DNA of 61,141 nt, the filler included. It is 4 parts of 4 records of this genome, joined end to end, with 100 filler letters (N's around TTAATTAATTAA, not from the genome) between each part and the next. Parts side by side here need not be neighbours in the genome. Positions count along the whole stretch, not along the records: positions 1 to 11,218 come from DRR723986_4125; positions 11,319 to 29,334 come from DRR723986_4126; 2 more parts are not named here. One strand, written 5' to 3'. Positions within the stretch are counted from its first letter, which is position 1, and each line of letters starts with the position of its first letter. Positions 9,119 through 17,239 of the stretch are shown here, piece after piece. The translations under genes and the position numbers were made by a program. The notes under the pieces are model-generated. The model searched no databases, was not told the DNA's origin, and worked only from the letters and a program-made list of their open reading frames with translations.

Positions 9119-10396
9119 ATGACCAGACATATGATCGAAGCCGGCAAACCGGCGACAAAACTCAAATCGGAAGCACTTGCCGTGCTTCTGGAACGTGGTC
9201 TTGTGCACCAATGCACGGATATCGAGGCGCTCGACCAGACGCTGTCACAAGGGCCGATCACCGCATACGCCGGGTTCGATGCCACGGCGGCAAGTCTTCA
9301 TGTCGGCCATCTGATGCCGTTGATGACCATGCGTTGGCTGCAGAAGCTCGGCCATCGTCCCATCGTCGTGCTTGGCGGTGGTACCAGTCAGATCGGCGAT
9401 CCGAGTTTCCGCAAGGATGCCCGGCCGATGCTGGAAGAACGTCAGATCGCAGCCAACATCGCAAGCATACGACGATCCGTTGAGCGTCTCGTGGATATGA
9501 ACGGCGAAGATGGGGCTTTGCTGGTCGACAATGCGGAATGGCTCAATGAATTCCGCTTCCTGGAATTCCTCCGCGACTATGGCTCCCAGTTCACAGTCAA
9601 CCGCATGATGACCTTCGACAGCGTCAAGTCGCGCCTCGATGCTCAGATGCCGCTGACGGTTCTGGAGTTCTGCTACATGATGCTGCAGGCCGTTGATTTT
9701 CTGGAGTTGGCAAAGCGTCATGACTGTGCGCTACAGGTCGGTGGATCCGATCAATGGGGCAACATCGTCAATGGTGTGGAACTCGGCCGCCGTGATGGCC
9801 GCAAGTTGCACGGCCTCACTGTTCCTCTGCTGACCACCGCCAGCGGTGCGAAGATGGGCAAGACGGCTGCGGGTGCCGTGTGGTTGCATCCCGAACACCT
9901 GTCGCCCTTCGGCTTCTGGCAGTTCTGGCGCAACACCGCCGATGCAGATGTCGCCAAGTGCCTGCGCCTTTTTACCGAGCTGCCGATGAGCGAAATCGAA
10001 CGACTTGCGGCGCTGGAAGGGGCGGAGCTGAACGAAGCCAAGAAGATCCTGGCAACCCAGGTGACGGCAATCGTACATGGCCCGGAAGAAGCGCGCGGCG
10101 CCTTGCAGCAAGGCGATGCCCTGTTTTCGGGCGAGGGCGAAATCCTGGAACCGACCCACAGTCTGCCGCTGAAAATTCTGGCAGACGGTCTCGGTCTTCT
10201 GGAGCTTGTGGTCGCGGTCGGCTTCGCGGCATCCAACGGCGAAGCGCGGCGGCTGGTGGAAGGTGGAGGCGTTCGCCTCAACAACCAGATCGTCGACGAC
10301 GCGCGCCGCCGCATTGCCACCGGCGATCTTCAGGCCAACGACCGTTTATCGATTTCTGTCGGCAAACGCCGCAAGGCCCTGGTCGGCTTCGAGTGA
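9119..10396 (+). CDS. tyrS: Tyrosyl-tRNA synthetase
   Basis: YAGFDATAASLHVGH (HIGH), QVGGSDQWGNI, KMGKT (KMSKS), C-terminal S4 domain. Confidence 0.96.
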   Translation: MTRHMIEAGKPATKLKSEALAVLLERGLVHQCTDIEALDQTLSQGPITAYAGFDATAASLHVGHLMPLMTMRWLQKLGHRPIVVLGGGTSQIGDPSFRKDARPMLEERQIAANIASIRRSVERLVDMNGEDGALLVDNAEWLNEFRFLEFLRDYGSQFTVNRMMTFDSVKSRLDAQMPLTVLEFCYMMLQAVDFLELAKRHDCALQVGGSDQWGNIVNGVELGRRDGRKLHGLTVPLLTTASGAKMGKTAAGAVWLHPEHLSPFGFWQFWRNTADADVAKCLRLFTELPMSEIERLAALEGAELNEAKKILATQVTAIVHGPEEARGALQQGDALFSGEGEILEPTHSLPLKILADGLGLLELVVAVGFAASNGEARRLVEGGGVRLNNQIVDDARRRIATGDLQANDRLSISVGKRRKALVGFE

Positions 10397-10402
10397 GGCC
10401 GG

Positions 10403-10963
10403 TCAGACGGCTTTTGCATCATCGATCAGAACGGCCGGCTCCAGCCGGCCGTTGTAGCCGAAGACCTTCCCGATCAGCGGGAAGGTCACCTCTACGGTGA
10501 AACTGTACCTTCCATCGACAACACGCTCGCGCCCGACCGCTCTCGGAGCAAGGCGCAGCGGCAGCGGAAGCGGTCCAAGCGAAACCTCTGTCGGGGTGAT
10601 GTCGATGCCCTTGTCACTTGCCGTTACCCGCATCTTGAACAGGAACGGTCCAAGGCGCTCGAGCATGCAGGGATACGCTTCGCCTTTACCGGCCATCATG
10701 TCGGTCTGGAACGGCTGCCCGTCGAACCGCCGGGTCCAGCGCTCTCCACCCACGATAGGTTCAAAGCTGGTCTCGACCGGAACACCCATCTGTGCTTCCG
10801 GCAACTTCGCTAGCCGGCAGATCAGTCTTGCGCCCGACGAGCTTCCCCGGGTGACATCCGCGGTGCCCCGCGCCACCCGCGCGAAGCTGTGCATCCGCCG
10901 GATTTCTGCCGGTACCTTGTCGAACTCGGGGCCGAGGATGGTTTGATAAAGCGTGCGGGGCAT
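10403..10963 (-). CDS. DUF4166-like protein
   Basis: LYQTILGPEF...H, ERWTRRF, ERLGPF, YNGRL pattern resembles DUF4166; start taken at ATG 10963. Confidence 0.65.
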   Translation of the reverse strand: MPRTLYQTILGPEFDKVPAEIRRMHSFARVARGTADVTRGSSSGARLICRLAKLPEAQMGVPVETSFEPIVGGERWTRRFDGQPFQTDMMAGKGEAYPCMLERLGPFLFKMRVTASDKGIDITPTEVSLGPLPLPLRLAPRAVGRERVVDGRYSFTVEVTFPLIGKVFGYNGRLEPAVLIDDAKAV

Positions 10964-11106
10964 GTGAGAACTGCTTTGATGTCGTTGTGTCTTCTCAGAC
11001 AGATCATTCTCGCGTCGATTGGACAACAGCAAAAACTCTTTGCACTTGTTTGGTGACGTCCAGATGAGCACCATTCAGCCTTCCAATCATCCCCCTCCAC
11101 TTCCTC

Positions 11107-11218
11107 CGTCATGCCATGGCCCGACCATGGCATCCATGCCATTCCCCATCCGCCAATTGAAGCTTCTGGCTGAGGCACGGTCACGGCGTGGATTGCAGGG
11201 TCAAGCCCTGCAATGACG
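11107..11218. repeat. Inverted pair of CGTC-type REP-like palindromes
   Basis: CGTCATGCCATGG-CCCGA-CCATGGCATCCA (11107-11136) and TGGATTGCAGGG-TCAAG-CCCTGCAATGACG (11189-11218), at the contig end. Confidence 0.75.
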
Positions 11219-11318
11219 NNNNNNNNNNNNNNNNNNNNNNNNNNNNNNNNNNNNNNNNNNNNTTAATTAATTAANNNNNNNNNNNNNNNNNNNNNNNNNN
11301 NNNNNNNNNNNNNNNNNN
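11219..11318. other. Artificial contig spacer
   Basis: N44-TTAATTAATTAA-N44; stop codons in all six frames. Confidence 0.97.
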
Positions 11319-11320
11319 AT

Positions 11321-11758
11321 GAGACGTTCTCCCACAATGAAGACGCCGAATATGATGAACGCGTGGCGCAGGCAGGCGGTAAAATCTTCCTCGATTCAGA
11401 AATCCGCATCCGCTACATCCCGCGCGGTTCCGTCAGCCGCCTGGCGAAGCAGTACTTCAATTATGGTAAAGGCCGTGCCCGCAACGTTCGCAAGCATGGC
11501 CAGCGTCTCAAGATCCGTCAGGCCCTGCCTGTTTTCGCCCTTTTGGCGAACGCTGCCGGATTTCTGGTGTCACCCCTATTCCTGCCCGCCCTCATTCTGC
11601 CACTTGGCTACTTCGGCGTCCTGGCCACCGCTTCGGTGGCCGTCGCAGTCTGGAAACGGTCTCCGTGCGGCCTCTTGGCCGGCCTGATTTCCGGGACCAT
11701 GCACATGAGCTGGGCGGCGGGCTTTCTTAGTGAAGCGGTGGCCGGAACCAGGCGCTGA
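11321..11758 (+). CDS. GT2 glycosyltransferase, ExoA-like, 5'-truncated by gap
   Basis: Frame open from contig start: ETFSHNEDAEYD...LAKQYFNYGKGRARN plus C-terminal TM helices and MHMSWAAGF. Confidence 0.8.
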   Translation, partial: ETFSHNEDAEYDERVAQAGGKIFLDSEIRIRYIPRGSVSRLAKQYFNYGKGRARNVRKHGQRLKIRQALPVFALLANAAGFLVSPLFLPALILPLGYFGVLATASVAVAVWKRSPCGLLAGLISGTMHMSWAAGFLSEAVAGTRR

Positions 11759-11823
11759 ATCGCCCGCATCGATTGGTTTCAGATCAGAAGTCGTTATAAG
11801 TAGTTGTTAATACTTGCACCCAG

Positions 11824-12741
11824 ATGAGCAAAATGACCGACCAGACCCGGCAAAGTTTCCTGCAACGGATCAGTAACCTGACCCGATCAGCGACATCTTT
11901 GCGCGCGCGCATCCGCCGGGGCATCGGTCTCACATCGCCTCAGATGGAGGAGGAGGCGCAGGAACAAACACCGGTTGCAGTCACACGCCAGTCTGCTGCT
12001 CCTGATGGACAATGCGTCTACGCAATCGGAGATGTTCACGGTCGGCGAGATCTTCTTGAAAAGCTCGTCGAGCAAATTGACGAAGATTCCCAATCCCTGC
12101 CAGAAGGAACCAAGAGAGTCCTTGTCTTTCTTGGAGATTATATCGATCGCGGCCTTCAATCCAAAGACGTGATCGACTTCCTTCTGAGCGACCGCATGAA
12201 GGCATTCGAACGGGTCTTCCTGATGGGCAATCACGAGGAGGCGCTGCTGCGGTTTCTCAATGACGTCAATTTCGGGAAACAATGGGTACGCTATGGCGGC
12301 GCCGAAACGCTATACTCATACGGCCTCCAGCCGCCACAAAATGCTCGCGCTGCGATGCAATCCCATGACGCCATGCAAGCGTATCAGCGCGCCTGGGACA
12401 AAGTCTGGACCGAGTTCCGCAATCGCCTGCCTGAGCAACATCTGAAATTCTACCAGAACCTTCAGCACTACTATGTGACCGGAGACTACCTGTTCGTGCA
12501 TGCTGGCCTGCGCCCGGGAGAAGTGCTCGAAAACCAGACAGTGCGCGACATGCTGTGGATCCGTGAAGAGTTCCTGGACGCCGAGGAACAGTTTCCTCAG
12601 GTTGTCGTGCATGGCCATACGCCGACCGATGACGTATTTCGCGACGACCGGCGGATCGGCCTTGATACCGGCGCGTTCATCAGCGGGAAACTTTCTGCTG
12701 TTCGGCTATTCAGGGATGAAGTTTCCTTCATTTCCACCTGA
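11824..12741 (+). CDS. PPP-family metallophosphoesterase (Ser/Thr phosphatase-like)
   Basis: GDVHG, GDYIDRG, GNHEE, FVHAG, HGHTP, LDTGA. Confidence 0.9.
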   Translation: MSKMTDQTRQSFLQRISNLTRSATSLRARIRRGIGLTSPQMEEEAQEQTPVAVTRQSAAPDGQCVYAIGDVHGRRDLLEKLVEQIDEDSQSLPEGTKRVLVFLGDYIDRGLQSKDVIDFLLSDRMKAFERVFLMGNHEEALLRFLNDVNFGKQWVRYGGAETLYSYGLQPPQNARAAMQSHDAMQAYQRAWDKVWTEFRNRLPEQHLKFYQNLQHYYVTGDYLFVHAGLRPGEVLENQTVRDMLWIREEFLDAEEQFPQVVVHGHTPTDDVFRDDRRIGLDTGAFISGKLSAVRLFRDEVSFIST

Positions 12742-12799
12742 AACTCTGGAATAGGTCTTGCTAAGCAGCAGATACGCCTAATCTGGGAGAAAAGAGACG

Positions 12800-13390
12800 A
12801 TGAATTTCCTGCGCCCCCTCGTCACAGCCGTTCTGGGCAGCCTGCTTCTGGTTGTTGCCGCCTGTGAATCCACGGTCCCTTCCGCGCCAACCTCCGTTTC
12901 TGGAGAACGCGTGGTGCAGCAGCAGGCAATAAGCGCCTATACGCTTGGCAACGGAGATCAGCTCCGGATCACTGTATTTGGCCAGCCTGATCTTTCCGGC
13001 CAGTTTGAAGTCGATGGAACTGGCTCCATCTCCATGCCACTCATCGGTCAGGTCGAAGCTCTTGGCCTCACCACACCGCAGCTCGAAAATCGCATCGTGG
13101 AGATGCTGGAAGGTGACTACGTCCTGAACCCGCGGGTCAGCGCAGAAGTCATCAACTATCGTCCTTACTATATTCTCGGCGAAGTAAATCGTCCTGGAGA
13201 GTATCCATACACGTCCGGACTGACTGTCGTGAACGCCGTTGCCGCCGCAGGTGGTTGGACTTACCGAGCCAAGAAAAACATCGTGTACATCAAAAGCGTA
13301 GGCTCGCATGAAGAGCAGGCAATTGAGCTGACCACGTCAACCATGGTCCAGCCCGGCGACACAATTCGCATCAAAGATCGCGTCTTCTGA
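12800..13390 (+). CDS. Polysaccharide export lipoprotein (Wza/ExoF-like)
   Basis: Lipobox VAAC, YTLGNGDQLRITVFG, GSISMPLIG, SLBB domain. Confidence 0.9.
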   Translation: MNFLRPLVTAVLGSLLLVVAACESTVPSAPTSVSGERVVQQQAISAYTLGNGDQLRITVFGQPDLSGQFEVDGTGSISMPLIGQVEALGLTTPQLENRIVEMLEGDYVLNPRVSAEVINYRPYYILGEVNRPGEYPYTSGLTVVNAVAAAGGWTYRAKKNIVYIKSVGSHEEQAIELTTSTMVQPGDTIRIKDRVF

Positions 13391-13420
13391 TCGCTGTGGC
13401 GAAAGATCCCGCCCGAAATC

Positions 13421-13456
13421 AAAACGGCAGTGCTCAATAGCGCTGCCGTTTTTTTT
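13421..13456 (+). terminator. Rho-independent terminator
   Basis: AAAACGGCAGTGC-TCAATA-GCGCTGCCGTTTTTTTT. Confidence 0.8.
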
Positions 13457-13757
13457 CGTACCGAATTGGCACGCACATGACACGTTCTGGCACACGCGAA
13501 TCTCTCAAAGCTCCCCGAATCGGCGCGTTGTGATTAATAAATGCCCGCCGCCTACCGATTACTTGAAAAATACTTCGCCTAGCAGGCGAATTTCGGGAAA
13601 AACCCTCAAATATTTGCGCAAATCCCGGTATACAGATTGCAAACGTCCCCAAATGAAATAAAGGTTTCTTTGCTCTCAAAGTTAACGACTGTTGGCTTGG
13701 GCGTGAGGAATTCCGGGAAGATTTCTTACGCCGTTCGGTAGAGTTCCGGGGACAGTT

Positions 13758-14453
13758 ATGGGTCTGAGACTAACAAATCAATCACGTCACGCGGAAACGG
13801 CCGCATACTCTTCGACGCGGCTCGATCGCACGGAGCATCAGGCGAATACGAGTGCCAAACGTATTCTCGACATCATCATCGCGAGCGTCGCGCTTGTGTT
13901 TGTTTTCCCGCTCCTGCTTGTCGTGGGCATCCTCATTCGCATGCAGGATGGCGGCCCAGCAGTCTACGCCCAGAAGCGTTACGGTCGGAACGGGCGCACC
14001 TTCAAATGCTTCAAACTCCGCTCCATGGTCGCAAATGCCGATGACCGCCTTCGGGAGATCCTGGCGACCGATCCTGCCGCCCGCGCCGAATGGGAAGCGA
14101 CGCAGAAGCTCGTGAACGATCCGCGCATCACGCCACTGGGCCATTTCATCCGCAAGACGTCGATCGACGAGTTGCCGCAGCTCGTCAATATCCTTCGCGG
14201 AGACATGTCGCTGGTCGGTCCGCGCCCGATCGTTGAAAACGAGATTGCCAAATATGGCGAGTTCTACAGGGACTACTGCGCTGTCCGGCCGGGCCTTACC
14301 GGTTTGTGGCAGGTCGAAGGCCGCAGCGACACCACTTACGAAGAGCGCGTGCAGCTGGACGCCAAATACGCCCGCACCCGCACTTTTGTCAGCGATATCA
14401 TGATCATGCTGCGCACGGTTCCAGCTGTTCTGATGTCGCGCGGCGCTCGCTAA
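13758..14453 (+). CDS. Initiating polyprenol-phosphate sugar transferase (ExoY-like)
   Basis: KRILD, FKLRSM, DPRIT, IDELPQL, SLVGPRP, PGLTGLWQV. Confidence 0.9.
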   Translation: MGLRLTNQSRHAETAAYSSTRLDRTEHQANTSAKRILDIIIASVALVFVFPLLLVVGILIRMQDGGPAVYAQKRYGRNGRTFKCFKLRSMVANADDRLREILATDPAARAEWEATQKLVNDPRITPLGHFIRKTSIDELPQLVNILRGDMSLVGPRPIVENEIAKYGEFYRDYCAVRPGLTGLWQVEGRSDTTYEERVQLDAKYARTRTFVSDIMIMLRTVPAVLMSRGAR

Positions 14454-14480
14454 TATCTCCAGCGACAGGTTTCGCTCACA

Positions 14481-14520
14481 AACAAAGAGCCCCGGTGCGA
14501 TCACCGGGGCTCTTTGTTTT
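14481..14520. terminator. Bidirectional terminator
   Basis: AACAAAGAGCCCCGGTG-CGAT-CACCGGGGCTCTTTGTTTT between convergent genes. Confidence 0.85.
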
Positions 14521-14539
14521 GAGCAGGTGTTTTACGGCC

Positions 14540-14758
14540 TTAACCGAACAACGCGACCGCTGAGCTGATTATTCCTGCCCACAGCAGGGCGCTCAATCCA
14601 ACAATGATCAGGAGACGTGCCCAGACAGGCCATTTGTCATAGGTTTCCTTCTCAGCCTGGATACCAGCATCCCAGCCGCGATGCGCAATGGTGGCATTCG
14701 CAATATCGACCACAGGTCTGCTCCCTGGCACAGAAGAACTGGCATTGCTCATCAGCAC
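14540..14758 (-). CDS. Small single-pass membrane protein, unknown function
   Basis: 72 aa, C-terminal TM (WARLLIIVGLSALLWAGII), GAGGGG RBS, ends at the bidirectional terminator. Confidence 0.6.
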   Translation of the reverse strand: MLMSNASSSVPGSRPVVDIANATIAHRGWDAGIQAEKETYDKWPVWARLLIIVGLSALLWAGIISSAVALFG

Positions 14759-15059
14759 GTATCAGCCCCTCAAACTCTTAAAAGCGCGTTAAATCCGCTC
14801 CTTCCACGAAACTCATGACAGAAGTTATGGTTCCAACCTTGTCAGGAATGGGGCCACAAGGAGTGCCTGTTGTGGATGTCATATCGTTAACCTTTGCCAC
14901 GCCCTGAGAAAGGTTCGCCACTGAAGCCGAGACGATACCAACCACCGGACCTCACAAGGCTGGATTGTCAGCTAAAAGGGCCCCACCCGATTGGGTGAGG
15001 CCCTCACAAAATGTTTTTCTGCCTCAAGCCGTAACGCAAGTTGCAGCCTGTCGGTCAGA

Positions 15060-16034
15060 CTAAACCAGTTCTTTGGTCTCTCTCAGGAGATCATCAAAGT
15101 AGGCGATTGTCTTGGTCAGACCCTCACGAAGCTCAACCTTCGGCTTCCAGCCCAGCTGCTCAACCGCCTTTGAGATATCTGGCTGACGCTGTTTGGGATC
15201 GTCAGCCGGCAGCGGCAGACTGATAAGCTTGGAGGATGTACCGGTCAGATCAATAACAGTCTCGGCAAGCTCCCGAATGGTGAATTCTTTTGGATTCCCG
15301 ATATTGATCGGACCTGTTGTTTCCTTTGGCGTACTCATGAGGCGCAGAAAACCGTCGATCAGATCATCGACGTAGCAGAACGACCGCGTCTGATCGCCAT
15401 CTCCGTAAATTGTGATGTCCTCTCCCTTCAGCGCCTGGACAATGAAGTTCGAGACGACCCGGCCATCTCTCGGATGCATGCGCGGGCCATAGGTATTGAA
15501 GATCCGGGCGACCTTGATTTCCAACCCATGTTGGCGATGGTAATCAAAGAAGAGCGTTTCAGCGCAACGCTTCCCCTCGTCATAGCAGGACCGCGGCCCA
15601 ATCGGGTTCACGTTCCCCCAGTATTCCTCTGTCTGCGGATGCACGATGGGGTCCCCATAGACTTCCGAAGTCGAAGCCTGAAAAATGGGAGCCCCCAGGC
15701 GTTTAGCCAGTCCGAGCATGTTGATCGCGCCGTGAACACTGGTCTTGGTCGTCGCCACGGGATCGTGCTGATAATGAATCGGGGAAGCCGGACAAGCCAG
15801 ATTATAGATCGCGTCTACTTCAATATAGAGTGGGAAAGTCACATCGTGACGCATCAATTCGAAATTCGGGTGGTCGAGCAGATGCTGAACATTCCGTTTT
15901 GCCCCTGTGAAGAAGTTATCAAGGCAAACCACATCTTCCCCACGTTCAATCAGACGATCGCAGAGGTGCGAGCCAAGAAAGCCAGCTCCGCCGGTGACGA
16001 GCACCTGTCGTTCCAAAGTAAAGTCCATTTTCAA
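15060..16034 (-). CDS. UDP-glucuronate decarboxylase (UDP-xylose synthase)
   Basis: [41 protein letters not shown]. Confidence 0.93.
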   Translation of the reverse strand: MKMDFTLERQVLVTGGAGFLGSHLCDRLIERGEDVVCLDNFFTGAKRNVQHLLDHPNFELMRHDVTFPLYIEVDAIYNLACPASPIHYQHDPVATTKTSVHGAINMLGLAKRLGAPIFQASTSEVYGDPIVHPQTEEYWGNVNPIGPRSCYDEGKRCAETLFFDYHRQHGLEIKVARIFNTYGPRMHPRDGRVVSNFIVQALKGEDITIYGDGDQTRSFCYVDDLIDGFLRLMSTPKETTGPINIGNPKEFTIRELAETVIDLTGTSSKLISLPLPADDPKQRQPDISKAVEQLGWKPKVELREGLTKTIAYFDDLLRETKELV

Positions 16035-16040
16035 TCGCCT

Positions 16041-17111
16041 TTAAGCATATTCAGTTGACTGATCCGCGCCTGCCATTCCGGCCCGCGCATAAGCTTGCAA
16101 GTAATTCTTTGCAGAATTCTCAAAGTTCAACGTCTCTTCGACAAATTTTCGGGGACTGAAACTCTCCCGGGCTGACCAGAAATCACTCCACTTTGTCTCG
16201 AGGTTCTCCGCCTTAAAATGCAATCCGCAACGCGAGTCGAAATATGGCGTAGAGGTACACGGAACAGGCTGATCCGACACTTCCGCTGCCTTCGGATTGG
16301 GCCAGATCCCCTCATCCCAGGCAAAAACTGGCACATTCATCGCCAGACATTCCTGATACGCCATGCCTTGAGTTTCTGAATGCGCGAAAAAAGCCATAGA
16401 CCGGCTTCGCTTCAGTTTGTCGATATAGTCATCATAAGCATATTCACCATAGCGGATGACTGTATACGTTAATCCCTCGCGTTCCAGACGCTCTATGAGC
16501 GGTGCAATCAAACGAGAATAGTTTGCCTCCCGATCAAAGTATATTTTGTCGTAGATGAGTACATCGTAGGTCTTGGGACTGCGGGCAGAGTCCGGGAACC
16601 TTGTAATATCGAAGCCGCCGAACCAGAGTGCGAGTTTGTCGCCCCACATCGGCTCAAACATGTTCCTGGTCCACTCACACGTTTGCAGGTAGACTTTGTT
16701 TCTTGGGTCTGAAAGCAGTGCGGTGCTTTCATTGGGAATGTCGTAAAGCCCCGGCCCCAATAATCTTGGGTTTGGCAGCGCGTCGACTTTCGGGATTACA
16801 CTGGGGTAGCCAAGAACACCGATTGGCTGATCGGGATACTTTCGCGCCAATCTGAAATTGTTTACATGAACTTCGACACCAGCGGTCTCAAGCGCCTCTT
16901 TGAGCATGAAGAACCAGGTATAGAATCCTGTTCTGACTTGCCGGCCACGCAGCTTCCTCCACGCATACCTTGCGTGCCTGCGAAGTTCGCCCTTCAACAT
17001 CGGACCAAGCGCTTCATCCGCGGTCCGCTCATAACCATCATAGAACAGAAATACTTTGTCTCTCATTTCGGACTGCACACTCCTGCTCTCTTGCCCCACG
17101 GAATTCTGCAA
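16041..17111 (-). CDS. Putative GT-B glycosyltransferase
   Basis: SETQGMAYQECLAMNVPVF resembles the GT4 EX7E motif; EPS context. Confidence 0.65.
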   Translation of the reverse strand: MQNSVGQESRSVQSEMRDKVFLFYDGYERTADEALGPMLKGELRRHARYAWRKLRGRQVRTGFYTWFFMLKEALETAGVEVHVNNFRLARKYPDQPIGVLGYPSVIPKVDALPNPRLLGPGLYDIPNESTALLSDPRNKVYLQTCEWTRNMFEPMWGDKLALWFGGFDITRFPDSARSPKTYDVLIYDKIYFDREANYSRLIAPLIERLEREGLTYTVIRYGEYAYDDYIDKLKRSRSMAFFAHSETQGMAYQECLAMNVPVFAWDEGIWPNPKAAEVSDQPVPCTSTPYFDSRCGLHFKAENLETKWSDFWSARESFSPRKFVEETLNFENSAKNYLQAYARAGMAGADQSTEYA

Positions 17112-17239
17112 AGTTCAAGCCAGTTCATCATCAGGTCAGAAACGCTACAGCCTCGCCTGAACCTTTAGTAAATGAGTGCTGGTTACAGGAGGCTAACGCA
17201 GCGGCAGGAAATTCTCGCACTGCCATACAATCTTGAGCG

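Noticed and set aside
11263-11274. TTAATTAATTAA as a regulatory palindrome or CtrA site
   Set aside because: Identical in all three N-gaps; a synthetic six-frame-stop linker
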